A stretch of 64,000 bases of DNA, taken from Eledone cirrhosa (Eukaryota). The stretch spans positions 222,394,001 through 222,458,000 of the forward strand of contig OZ024741.1 of NCBI GenBank assembly GCA_964016885.1, read 5' to 3'. Of this stretch, positions 13,080-26,679 are shown piece by piece (the stretch's first letter is position 1; each line of letters starts with the position of its first letter). Under the pieces are notes generated by a model that made no database searches, was not told the DNA's origin, and saw only the letters and a program-made list of their open reading frames with translations. Made by a program: the position numbers and the translations under genes.

Positions 13080-13365
13080 TATCATCATCATAATTTTATA
13101 TCCATTTTTCCATGCGTTCATGGGTTGGCTGGGTCTTCTCCAGGCCAGCAGCTTTCAAATTGTTGTCCACATCTGTTATCTTCTTTGAGAGGTTCAGCAC
13201 TCTGAGATCAACTTTCATCACCTGTTCCCATGACTTGCTTGGTCTTCCACTCCCACAGGTTCCTTCCACTTGGAAAGCTTGATACTTCTTTGCCCAATAG
13301 TCATCCCTTATACCCATCACATATCCATATCCATGTCAGCATAGTCATCTTTCTTGTACAATACA
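13080..13365 (-). mobile_element. RTE 3' end
   Basis: VEGTCGSGRPSKSWEQVMKVDL followed by a (GAT)n tail. Confidence 0.75.
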
Positions 13366-13534
13366 GCTAATTCCTTGAGATACTGTGCTGAGAAGGACCC
13401 ATCCAACCCATGCAAGCATGAAAAAATGAATATAAAAACGATGATTATATCAAGCATGACCTTTCTCAGATAGCAGTTGTGTCATGTCTGTTTTACTGAT
13501 AAATTTAACTTCGTCTTTGATAAGTTTACTTTAA

Positions 13535-13780
13535 CCCTTTCATTACCATATTTCTAATGAAAAACATTGCCTATAGTTTTAAAAAAAAATCAAGAATTGG
13601 GAGAGACTCAGTAATATAACAGATTTCCTAATTATTCATCTTGTTTTTGAAGCAGAGCTTATCAGAAGACCTCGTGTAAAATTATGGTTGAAGATTTTTA
13701 TATGGATACAAATACCTTAAAAGAAGTAGTTTTCTATCCTAGAAACAGGGGTAGTTTCAGACAGCTTGGTATCAAGGGAG
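13535..13780. mobile_element. piggyBac-type MITE2
   Basis: TTAA|CCCTTTCATTACCATATTTC ... GGGAG|TTAA; copies at 28634-28820, ~45420-45634, ~45103-45355, and a split copy at 42590-43907. Confidence 0.75.
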
Positions 13781-14409
13781 TTAATTCCTCTCAAATCTAG
13801 AATTTTTGCCTCAACATTGATGTATAAACCAAGCATATACTTCTTTCTTCCACTCCAGCCATAGAAAATCTGCCAAACAAGGGATTAGGAAGACTATTCA
13901 ACTGTGTTAAAGATATGATAACTTCTCTAGTCCAATAGAATGCACTTGGTAGAGCACAGGAATATATGAAGGTTAAATGTAGGCCACCCCAGCCCATCTG
14001 AAAGGTCAGTAGCTCTATTAGAATACTTGCTTGATCTGTAAAACATGTTCAAACCTTGTTAAATGGATGTTCAATGATTGTGATGATGAATGAGCTGCAA
14101 GTGAAGAGAATACTTTCAGAAACAGTTAAACAAATTACCACAATACTGTTGCCATATAATTATATATACATATATTCAAATCCTGTCGAGGTTAACTTTG
14201 CCTTTCATCCTTACGGGGTCGATAAAATAAAGTACCAGTAATGCACTGGGATAATTGCTGGCCTTGTGCCAAAACTAGAAACAATTGTATATACATATAA
14301 ACACACAAAATACACATAACCCCCACCCCATATATATATAAACAACGATGATAACATATGTATATATATATATATATAAAAACAACAATGATAACATATA
14401 TATATATAC

Positions 14410-15605
14410 TTAGTTTCTCATTACTGATCCTCAGGTAACTGAGGATTGGTCGTGAGTTTGTCTGATATATGTATATATATATATATGTTATCATTGTTTA
14501 TATATATATATACTGTATATATGGTGGCTGCCAACTCGTTTTCGAGTACGGCCACTACTTCATATCCATGTAGGAGAACCCCTACTGATGCGCTGAACGA
14601 GTGTGACTTTTTAGTCCAGCCAGCGACTTGAAAACTCTGGTACAAACACCACACTTGTGACAATTATTGACACATATTGCTGGGCCCATGGTACCATGTG
14701 ACGGCAAGTGCAGAGAGATCTCCAGATATAAAGCAATGCCTGTGCCGTGAAGCTTTTATAGTGAGCAAAGGCACTGCACAAAGCCAGTCCCACTCTCTTA
14801 ACCAAGATGATATTTACCAAAAAGAAGAACAAGTCAACATCATTCGATACCATCAGGGTTGCAGGTGTTATATCAGAGTTTTCCTTCTCCTAGAATTCTG
14901 CCTTGACAAAGGCTAAGGGGTCATCTCTCCTGGTGATTTTGGATGGCCATTGACTCTTAAGAGCTCTTTTGCCCTTTGACAGGTTTAGTTTTTAGTCCTG
15001 CAGGATGTCCAAAGTCACCCTCCTCACCAAGAAACCTTGGTGGGGTTGCCAGTTTAGTTGCCAATGACCCGACCATGAGACAGGTTGTACTGGGATACAT
15101 GTTACCAGTAGCACCAACTGGTGACCTGACTGTATATATATATATATATAAACAACGATGATAACATATATATATATATGAGGTTAGCTGGACATGCTCA
15201 CTGACATCCAGAGTTGACATTGCACTCAGTGCTCCTGTGGGAGCCCCTACATGGACACACTGGAAGAGGAAGACCAAGGTTAACGTATGTTGATGCCCTC
15301 AGGACAGACACTGGTCTGTTGGAGACGCAGGACATGGCAGCGATAATGAGGGACAGAGACTACTGGAGAGAACTCGTTCATGGATCTCGGGAATTTTACC
15401 CGCCCTAGAATATATATATATATATATATACACATATATCAGACAAACTCACGACCAATCCTCAGTTACCTGAGGATCAGTAATGAGAAACTAATTATCA
15501 ACTCATCAAAACTCAGCTTTGAATAAATATTATCCACTCTAATACAGTACTGAGTATTTTTTTCACTGTTCTACATTTCATTCCAGTGTGTTCACTTAGC
15601 TACTT
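14410..15605 (+). mobile_element. Inverted-repeat hammerhead-core element enclosing two LINE pieces
   Basis: About 60-bp arms 14410-14470 and 15434-15494 with CUGAGGA-UCA/UGA-GAAA, then AATAAA and CACTC..GAGTA. Confidence 0.65.
15179..15408 (+). mobile_element. RTE 3' end fragment
   Basis: RLAGH...VLLWEPLHGHTGRGRPRLTYVDALRTDTG...MRDRDYWRE. Confidence 0.85.
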
Positions 15606-15741
15606 ATATATGTATGTATATGTATGTGCGTATACACATATGTGTATGTATATATATATATATATTATATATATATATATATATGTAGATAAATCTACCA
15701 AGAGTTTACGGTAGTGTCCAATCCGTATGATATTATATATA

Positions 15742-15813
<72 letters not shown>

Positions 15814-15837
15814 TATATGTGTGTGTGTATATATATA

Positions 15838-15869
<32 letters not shown>

Positions 15870-16773
15870 GTTTAAAAATAGACAAAACAAACACACAGTT
15901 GCAAAAAACGCAAAGTCTTATTAGTTTCAAGCTTGGGAAGAAGTAAATGAGGGCTTAGACATGTCAGACATAAGCCCTTCTTCAGGAAACACACAGAACA
16001 AAAGCGTGACCTTAGGTTTCAAGGCCCAATAATAATTGTTTCTACTTTTGGCACAAGGCCAGCAATTACCAAGTGCATTACTGGTACTTTATTTTATCGA
16101 CCCCCGTAAGGATGAAAGGCAAAGTTCTCCAGAATGTAAGAAGGATTAAAACTGAATTTATAGTTGCCACCTGGAGAAAGTAGTATTTCCATCTATCACC
16201 GAGTATTGATCAGGCAGTGTTAGTAACAATAAATTCTACACACACACATATATGTATATGAAGCAGTATAAGCGCCAGAAAATTAGGTCACAATTTTGAT
16301 CCCTCTTACATTCTGGTGAAATTGTCAATATTGGGCCTTGATTCCTTAGCTAGCCCTTTTCTTCTGTGTATGAACATAAATAAATAATTGTTTCTACTTT
16401 AGGCACAAGGCCAGCAATTACCCAGTGCATTACTGGTACTTTATTTATAATATAATATAATCATCATCATCATCATCATCATCGTTTAATGTCCATGTTC
16501 CACGCTTGCATGGGTTTGGACGGGAGCTTTCCCACTTGAGGCAAGAGTGGTTGTCATTGCTCGCATAGGACTGTCTGGCGGGTGTTCTACAGCTGGATGC
16601 CCTTCCTAACACCAACCACATTTACAGTGTGGGGCTGGGAGGTTTTTACCGTGTTGCCTACACGGCCACATTACAGCATGGACTGTGTGTTTTTTTTGTC
16701 GTGACACCTACACAATCTCATCTGTTTCGGCCTGGATGTTGTGGCACCAACATAACTTTACATTGAAAGGGGC

Positions 16774-16837
<64 letters not shown>

Positions 16838-16851
16838 TATATGTATATATA

Positions 16852-17990
16852 CTAGCAGAAGTACCTGGTATTGCCTGGGTTAAAGAAAATATTGAAATTT
16901 CATTCAAAATTTTTCCTGGGGTATATTTGAAACTTCTTGTATATAACATATCTTTTAGTTGCAATATAATTTCATACTTAGTTTCTTTATTCCTTACATA
17001 TCTTGCCTGTGCTAGTGTTTTCATATCACTGACGAAATACAGTTGCAAATATTTTGGTTCTTCTTCTGAAAGTAGCTGAAGTGGTCCAATTGTATTGTAA
17101 ACTACCCCTTGGATCTTGAAAGTGGGTATAAAGCCACTTTCATTGATGATATTTACACCAAATGATGTCATTTAGAATGCATTATTGTAATTCTAGATAT
17201 TTTGAAGAAAGTGTCTTGATTCAGTAGTTGTACCAATCAGCAGTCCCCTCATGGGTTCTGGTGGTTCAAGGTAATAGTTTAAACTTGATCTTTCCATTTA
17301 ACAGCACATTTTAGTTGATTCACCACATTTTGGCACCACTATTTGGACAAATTTTGTTTATTGAGGAAATTCAAATTAAAGGTTCTGAGGCATAGTCTTG
17401 GTGTGGATTGTAACTAAAAGCAGCAAAGTTCCACTTGGCAACCTTTCAAAATCCTAAATCTGTTCTTGCTCTCTGTTCATGTAGCCTTTGAATTGTATGA
17501 GCTTTAGTTTCTTCATGTCACATTTGAGCTGCTCTATTTTTCTCCATTTGCTGTCTTTGTGATTTTCATTCAATTGATTCCTCTAGACAAATAGTTGCCT
17601 CCATTGTCCTATCTTCAGCAAGCCTTTTTAATCTTTGTTCCTCTGATTCATCCTGTCTATTCTGTACACTTCTTATTCTTTGTTGTTGAAGCCTTGATGA
17701 TATTTGTGCATCTGGCTCATCCTGTCTGTTTTGTGTTGTGGTTTCATACATCTAATACTTCTTGATGAAAAGTAGCTTTCCTTGTCCTACCATCAGCAAG
17801 CATTTCTGATCTTTGCTCTTTTGATTGATTTTGCTTTTCTTTCTTTTATTTTTTGAGTTTTTCTTGTTGCTGCTCTTCACTTCCATTCTCCCTCTGTAGC
17901 TGCTTTGCCATAGCTTTATGAAATTTTCTTCCATATGAACATTTTTTGCTTACAGCTTCAAATGCCACTGTTATTTATCTAAAAAATTTA
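16852..17990 (-). mobile_element. Internally deleted Helitron (Rep N-terminal region)
   Basis: ESEEQRLKRL repeats, AFSYNPHQDY, YNNAF*MTSFG...GFIPTFKIQGVVY..IG...PKYLQLYF; 3' hairpin CCCAGGCAATACCAGG and CTAG|T. Confidence 0.9.
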
Positions 17991-18445
17991 ATTTTTCTGT
18001 TATCCACTTTCAAGATCCACTTCAGCCACTTTTAGTTGTAAATAAAATATTTACAACTGTATTTCATCAGTGATATGAAAACCTAAGTACAGACAAGATA
18101 TGAAAGGAATAAAGAAATTAAATATGAAATTATATTACAACTACAAGATATGTTACATATAATTAGCTATATTAGAAATTTCAAATACACCCTAGAAAAG
18201 GGTTTTGACTCCAATTTCATTTAACCTGGGCAATGCTAGGTACTTCTACTGCTGGATGCCCTTCCTAACGCTAACAACATTTACAGTGTGTGTGTGTATA
18301 TATATTTATATACACACAAACACTGTAGATGTGTTTAGCATTAGGAAGGGTATCCAGCTGTAAAAAACTAACCCAAAATTATTTCTGTATGAGCAAGACA
18401 GGGTCATCGAATTTGGCTTGTCTCAGAATGAGACAACTCATTTAA

Positions 18446-18664
18446 CCATTTACCATTTACATTACTATATATACTATTGTATTTTTGTGGTAAAGGATTT
18501 ATCTTACATAATCATCCCACATGATATCGAATCTACAAGATTTTTATATTATTTATTTTGAGAACAATTCACTAACATCAGTATGAACAGCCAGTTATGG
18601 CTGGTTTGAACAGAAAAAGGTGAGAGAATTCTGGCCGGATATGGCTGGTTTAAATGCTAAAGGG
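18446..18664. mobile_element. piggyBac-type MITE1 inserted in an RTE tail
   Basis: TTAA duplicated; the flanks rejoin as CTCATTTAACCCATG of the RTE tail. Confidence 0.85.
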
Positions 18665-18728
18665 TTAACCCATGATAGCATAGAAAAATGGATTTTAAAT
18701 GATGATGATGATGATATATATATATATA

Positions 18729-18810
18729 CGATGGTAGGCTGAAAGGTTCATAGGCTGACTATGAAGAAGTGACGTTAGAGTCGTGAAATCTTGCATGCAT
18801 TTATTTCATG
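18729..18810 (+). mobile_element. mariner 5' TIR fragment
   Basis: Matches the reverse complement of 25310-25388. Confidence 0.6.
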
Positions 18811-18906
18811 AGGAAAACCTATTCATGAGTCTAAAGAACTCACATACCAAGATTGAACAGGATTAGTCTGCTGGTTTTTAAGTGCATTGGAGACAAACAA
18901 ATGAGC

Positions 18907-18947
<41 letters not shown>

Positions 18948-19673
18948 TTTAAACACACCTGTGTATGTATATATTATTTTTACTTTTATAAATATTTTAC
19001 TCAATATATATTTTTACTTTCTTCTAATGAAGTTTATCAATTAAAATTGTCTACATAATATCACGATTAACTAATCCCCTTCCCACTCTTCTTTTCCTTT
19101 TTTTTTTATTACTCTTTACTATTCCATTATTTTCTGCAGTTTATTTTCGAAATGCATTGATGTAATATGGAACAATTTAGAGTAAAATAAGATATCAAAC
19201 TAGATAATGATATTGTATCATTCTATTGCGTTCTGGTAATTTGATAAGAAAATCTCAAAAAGCGCCAGTTTTCTTTTTAGAAACAAAGAAAAAAAAAAGA
19301 AAAACTAACTTGCTATTTTCGAATATCATATATAAAGAATAAGTAATTTGGTTCATTACTTTCTGTCTGTTTGTCTTCGTGTCTTATTTTTTGAAGATTA
19401 ATTAGATAATTAATTGTTCATTAGAGTATTGTTTCTGCCACTATGTTAATTACAGTACCGACTACAGTAACATAAAGTCAGGAATACATGCCAAAACATG
19501 TCATTGTTTAACCCATCATACCACGAACTACATTTTTTTATTTTTTATTTCAAACCAAAATTCGAGAGGAACCAATAAAGAAACAAGTAAACTTTAAAGA
19601 ATATATGCCTTCATTCTTTACTATCATGTCTGTGTGTCTTTTTATGAAATTAATTTATTTACTGTATCATTAA

Positions 19674-19894
19674 CCCTTTAGTATTTACATTACTCTATAT
19701 TTACTAATATATTTTCATGGTAAAGGCTTTACCTCACATAATTATCTCACATAATATTGAATCTATGAGGTTTTGATATTATTTATTTTGAGAACAATAC
19801 CTTAACATCAGTATGAGTGGTCAATTACAGCTGGTTTGAACAGAAAGAAGTGAGAGAATTTTGGCCAGATATGGCCGGTTTAAATTTTAAAGGG
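19674..19894. mobile_element. piggyBac-type MITE1
   Basis: TTAA/TIR both sides; further copies at 25440-25628, 51078-51303, 60221-60412. Confidence 0.85.
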
Positions 19895-20554
19895 TTAAAT
19901 GTTACTTTCTACTGTAAAATGGTAGAGCTGGTGCCATGAATAAAGCACTTTCCACCTTGTCAGGTGCTAGTGATGTTGCAGGTACATGCATTGAAGTGGT
20001 TGGCATTAGGGAGGGCATCCAGCCAAAATGGAATGTATGAATAAAACATAGTAATCTGATCTGTCTATCTAGCCTCAGAATGTGACAACCTATCTAACTT
20101 ATGTAAGCCTGGAAAATAGATGTAGAAAAGTGATAATTATTTTGATGATGTATCATTGCTATCCTTATATTCATTGTATTATATACTAGAGGCAGAAAAA
20201 AGGCAGGAATGTATACTTCATTTACACTCCACCCTCCCCTTCAAAACCTTTCACCTGTTTATTCAAGTGTGATAATGAAAAATAAAATAAAAAAACATTT
20301 TTTTCCAAATATGTTGCAGCAATTTTATATTAAATTTGAAGAAAAAGCAATTTGGTTCATTACTGAATTAAAAATGTAATTAATTAATTGTTTAATTAAT
20401 TGCTCATTAGTGTAGTATCATTTTTGTCAGCATGTTAATTAAATTTTCTTTTACTGCTGAGTCAGAGGTCATGACCTCTATGTAGGGCCTATAAACCACA
20501 ACTCATGGATTGTTGCAACAGAAATCAGTGCATGAAAATATCAAGTTATCCTAA

Positions 20555-20755
20555 GGCTGGTGTTAAACTGGGCAACTGATTAAGCCAACCCCCTAGTAGT
20601 CTCTGCTAAAGCTATTGGAATAACCAGATGAAGGTGTTAAATTGAGCAATGAATTAAGCTCATCCTAGTGGTTTCTATTATATATTACTAAAGTGGTGGT
20701 GCTAGATTAAATAACAGATTAAGTTTACCACCTGCATGGTTTCTGCAAAAGGTAG
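20555..20755. repeat. About 70-bp tandem repeat, three diverged copies
   Basis: GGTGTTAAA...GATTAAG...CCTAGTGGTTTCT recurring at ~20559, 20633, 20698. Confidence 0.6.
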
Positions 20756-21559
20756 CAAAGAGCAAGTTATCTTATAATATCCATCTTGGGAGGACAGGAT
20801 TCGGTTATAGAAGCTCCTCAGATTAACTAATAAGATAAAAAAAAAATGAATTTCATTTTGTTCGTTCGTCGTAAAGTAGCTAGGTTAACAGGATTATATG
20901 AGAATTAAATATCTTTGGTTGGTATAGCATGGCCCAATTACCCCTGATGGAGTAGTAGGGATATTGTAGTGGCATACAGTTTTTTCTTTTTTGTGATGTG
21001 CCCTTGAACAAAACACTTTATTTCATGTTGCTCCAATCTGTTCAGCTGGCAAAAATGAGTTGTATCTAATTCAAAGAGCCAGTCTTGTCACATCCTGTGT
21101 ATTTTATTAGAAATATGGTAATGAAAGGGTTAAACTACTGGGTTAGATGTTTCTGTTAATAGTGAGTTTTTATTAGCATAAGATGTGTGAGCAGTACTGT
21201 AGTGTGGGAAACATATGGGCATGCTTGTATTGGGCTAATTAAAAATAGGATGGTGAATTGGCATTTTGAACCTGGCAAAGCCCATCTGTCACCAGGTCTG
21301 AATACAGCAAATCTCTTCCAGAAGAGGATAGAAAGTGAGAGAGAGGAAGTAAGAATGAGATATAGAGGAATAATTGACCTCATTACTAGACAGGTACTTT
21401 TTTTTATCAACCTCAAAAGGATGAAAGGCAAAGTTGACCTCAGCAGTATTTGAACTCTGAGCAAAGAGCCAGAACAGATACTGCAAAGCACTCCATCCGG
21501 ACTCTGCCAATTCAACATCCTGTCTTTAGTTAGCCCTATGCTAAGCATGCCTATAATAA

Positions 21560-22130
21560 ATTAATGTGAGGAATATTATCTGGGAAGAACTTTGATATAA
21601 CTCATAAAGGTAACTGGTGGGGAAGACAAACCTACAGTTAGGAGATTATGGATGCTGTAGATAACAGAAGTGAGTCATGTGGTTAAGTGAAACTCTCAGC
21701 TATAAATTTACTACCACCAGAAAGTCTACAGCATATTCAGAAGGAGATTAGGATACTGGCAAGGGATTTAGGGTTTAAAGAAGTCATGGAGGATAATGTG
21801 GTTGAGTATAACAGAGCCCCATAGAAAACGTTTGTCAGTGAGGAGGTGATGCAGTTTAAACTAAGGCAACATGCTGGGAAAGAAGAGTATATAAATATTA
21901 CACACAAGTTGGCTGCAAAGAATACTGATAAATGGTTGACACTTTTAAATGAAGATCTACAAGTTTTGGCTGATAACGATTCTAATTATGAACATACCAT
22001 AAAAGATTACAAGAGGAGTTCATAAAGAGCTAATTTCCTACACTGAGCTGTATGGATGATGTGCCGAATATATCAAACAATTTTGGATAAACTTTTCATC
22101 ACTTGGGCAGATGTAGACAATAAAATTTCT
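21560..22130 (+). mobile_element. pogo/Tigger transposase C-terminal fossil
   Basis: MDAVDN..ES, LGFKEVMEDNVVE, VSEEVMQ, DNDSNYEH..K, QTILDKLF; these resemble Tigger C-termini. Confidence 0.6.
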
Positions 22131-22620
22131 CATCCTACCAGCAACTCATTTGCACCTCCTCCCCTAACACAGCAGTCAATATACTTTGTAATGAGAACAT
22201 ACCCTAATACAATATTTATATCTAATTTAGGCACAAGGCCAACAATTTGAGGGGTGGGAAAGTTGTTTACATCGAAACCAGTACATGACTTGTACTTTAT
22301 TATATTGATCCCAGAAGGATGAAAGGCAAAGTTGATCGTAGCAGAATTTGAACTCAGAACATAAAGGGCCATAACTAAATGCTGTAAAACATTTTGTCCA
22401 ATGTTCTTGCAATTCTACCAAATCTCATCCTTATTTACTTCTTAATGCATTACTCTTCAAATGTTTTAATGTATACCTTCTGTAGTATGTGTATTTAAAA
22501 AACGTTTTTTCTTTAAAATAACTCCACTGGAACTCATCTCAATGTATTATATACTAGGGAGTTCCTTGCCAGGGTAAGATTTTCAGGAACACAATACTTG
22601 TGTAATTCTGGGTAGGCCTT

Positions 22621-22683
<63 letters not shown>

Positions 22684-22774
22684 CGTGTGTGTGTATGTGT
22701 GAGTGTGCATTTGTATATATATTATATTATATATAATAATATATGTAAATATATTTTATATATATATATAATAC

Positions 22775-22837
<63 letters not shown>

Positions 22838-24180
22838 TATAGTGTCTCTAGTGATAAAAGGATTAACAATAATGAATGGTGAAAAGTAATGCTTATCGGA
22901 AATGAAAGACATTTTCTTTTCCTTTTATTTAAATTATGTATTATTTTATGCTGCTATTTTATTGTTGTTGTTGGTGTTGTTGTTGTTCTTATAGTTGGTT
23001 GTTGTTATTTGTTTCTTTGTTTTTTCTATTCATTTTAAGAAGTCTTATAATAAATATAATATATTGATAAGCCAAGAGGATTCTGTTTTGTTTTATAACT
23101 GACATCTATATATTCATTGGGAAAACGGACATAGCTGGTCTGGTAGTTCTGAACACACATACACACACACACACATATATATACACACACACATATACAC
23201 ACACACATACATATACACACACATACACACACACATACACATATATATACACACATATATATACACACACATATACACACACACACACATATACACACAC
23301 ACATACATATACACACACATACACACACACATACACATACACATACACACACATACACACATATACACATACACACACATACACATACACACTCTCTCTC
23401 TCTCTCTTTCACTCTCTTTCATTCTCTCGTTTTCTCTCTCCCTCTCTTGCATGTGTACTTTCTTTCTCAAACATGCACACACACATACACTCATACACAC
23501 AATCACAATCATGCATACTCACAGTCAGACACATACACTCATACACACAATCACAATCATGCACATATGCATACTCACAGTCAGACACATACACTCATAC
23601 ACACACATACATACACCCATACACACACTCTCTCTCTCTTTCTCTCGCACACACATATACATACACTCGTACACACATATACACTCATACAAGCACATAC
23701 ATATGCACTCATAAACACACAAACACACATGCATATATATACACATGCATATATACACCAACATAAAGTTATGTTGGTGTCACAACATCCAGGCCGAAAC
23801 AAATGAGATCGTGTAGGTGTCACGTCAAAAAACACACAGTCCACGCTGTAATGTGGCTGTGTAGGCAAGACGGTAAAAACTTCCCAGCCCCACATTGTAA
23901 ATGTGGTTGGTGTTAGGAAGGGCATCCAGCTGTAGAAAACCCGCCAGATAGTCCTATGCGAGCAAGATAACCACTCTTGCCTCAAGTGGGAAAACCCTCC
24001 GTCCAAACCCATGCAAGCGTGGAACACGGACGTTAAACGATGATGATGATGATGATGATGATGATGCACACACATGTACACTCAATCTAGGAGATACTGA
24101 AGAAGAAACTTCTCTCATACAAACTTCCCCATGTTTGCTATTCATGAACATTAATAGCAAACCCAAACACACACACTTTA

Positions 24181-25388
24181 CAAGGGTCAACAGAAAAGTT
24201 CAGATGCTGACCAAGATATTTTCATGGAATGTGACCAAATAAGGTTTATTTTTCAACAGAGTCCCCCTTTCAGTCTACACACTTCTTCCATCAGTGTTGC
24301 AGTGCCTGGATCCCATTGGTGAAGAAGCTTTCATCCTGTTGGTAAAAAAGTCATCAACAGCTGATGTGATGTCATCCTTATTGCTATACAGGTTCCCAAC
24401 CAAGTGCTTTTTCATGTTGGGGAACAGATGATAATCAGATGGGGCCAAATCAGGAGAATAGGGAGAGTGATCAACCAATTCAAAGCCACAGTCATGCACA
24501 ACAGCCATTGAAGCTAAGGACTTGTGTGTTGGAGCATTGTCAGTTTTCCTGGGTATTTGGTCTCGATAGCCTGTCTTAACTGCCTCTGCAAGTTGGTATA
24601 GTACTCTCCATTGATAGTGTGGCCCTTTTGAAGATAGTCAATAGACACAATGCCTTTTACATCTCAAAAAAACAGGTCATCACCTTCCCTGCAAATGAAA
24701 TGATGTTGGCCTTCTTAAGAACAGGTGAGCAGGTTTGAAGGTGTGTATCTGTCTCAAAGTGATGAACATCCTAGGTTAGGAAACATTCAAGAAAACCAAC
24801 TGGATCTGCTTCAAACAATGTCAGATTTTCTTGTGATGTCATCAGCCTAGTATGCTTTTGATCAGGCATCAGGAGAGATGGCACTCATTGAACAGAAACC
24901 TTTGTCATAATGTTCTCAACCCTCTCACAGAATATGCTAATATCATTTGCTATTTGATTTATAGTGAATTGCATGTCATCCATCACCACGCGGTGAACAG
25001 GATCAATGTTTTCCTCAGTGATGGCAGTTGCAGGACGTCCAGACTTTGGGTCATCTTCAAGGCTCTCCTTTCACCTCCTAAATTCAGCTGCCCACTTTTG
25101 CACTGTTAATAAAGTTGGAGCATCATCCCTTAATGTAGCAACCATGTCAGCATGAATGCCCTTGGGGGTCTAAATCCCTTTTCTGCAGGTACTTGATAAC
25201 ACCACAATGTCAAATGTTGTCCATTTTCAAAGAAGTTGCTACTAATTACAATTGAAGTCTTCTTTCAACAGTCAAATATCAGTTTATCTGGAGAGAAACA
25301 AGAAGAGTCAAAATTAATGCATTCAAGATTTCACAGCTCTAGCATCATTCCTTCATAGTCATCCTATGAGCTTTTCAACACACCCTCA
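24181..25388 (-). mobile_element. Decayed full-length mariner
   Basis: HSPYSPDLAPSDYHLFPNMKKHL; DPKSGRPATA; imperfect TIRs flanked by TA; about 1.2 kb. Confidence 0.9.
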
Positions 25389-26120
25389 TACATATGCTAG
25401 GTTCTTTACTTTGTTCAAACACTTAATGCTATGCAAGTATCATTTAAACCGGCCATATCCGGCCAGAATTCTCTCACCTCTTTCTGTTCAAACCAGCCAC
25501 TCATACTGATGATAAGGTATTGTTCTCAAACTAAATAATATCGAAATCATAAATTCGATATTATGTGAGGTAAAGCATTTATTGTGCAAATACAATAGTA
25601 TATATAGAGTAATGTAAATGCTAAAGGGTTGTCACATTAATTGATTTTGATATTGGTGATAAAAATGTAGATATCAGCGACCTATACCATTGCTACTCCA
25701 ATGATATAAGCTCGGGTAGTGTAGAAGAATGTTCTTTGGAGTGCAGAACCCCAGGTGCAAGCCACCTAGTGGTCCCAAGGGATAGATTGAAGAAAATGTT
25801 ACTCTAGAGGTAAGCAGTAAGTAGCCTGAAACCTCCACCACTACAAATCACTAACAGACCTATCCTAAATCTTACAATTTTCCTACTTCAAACTTCAGAA
25901 TATAACAACCCATCTAACCTATGCCATCATGGAAAACAGGAGTAAAAATAATGATGAAGAGTATTTGTGTCAGTGGAATATTCAGCCACTTGCACAGTTC
26001 TGAGGCTAGACCTGTCAGGTGACTATGTCATGCTCATAGATTCCATATATGGCCTGGTTTCTATGGGCTGGATGCCCTTCCTTACACCAACCACTTTACT
26101 GAGAGTACTCTGTATTTGTT

Positions 26121-26201
<81 letters not shown>

Positions 26202-26679
26202 ACGTGTGTGTGTGTCTGTGTGCGGCACTTATACTCATCATTCAGGTCTATGGAAATTTTCACCAAATACAATGAGTTTGAAAAGAAATGATGAGATATT
26301 CATAGTTAGATTAGAACTCCTTTGTTAATAGAACTGCAGAAATTATGGCTGACCTGGGAATAAACAATACCAACACTAACATCACAAAACAAGAGTGATC
26401 TTCTGTAGGGATGATTCACCTAATAGAATTTCCTTCAAATTACACCTTACTGTTGAAAGAAAAAGGACACATTAGATAATGTTAGTTCCAGATATATTAT
26501 GTCTGAAAAAAAGTTGATATGGTCATAACTAGAATAGGTGTTTTTTTCTTACTGTTTAGTCCGGGGTGGAACTGCAGTACTCATGACCCTTTTCAAGGTT
26601 TCTGATACTGGTTTTTGTCCTGGGAAGTGTGGGATGGACACACAAAGATAGCGTATCCTGAGACCCCAAGGAGAGTCTG

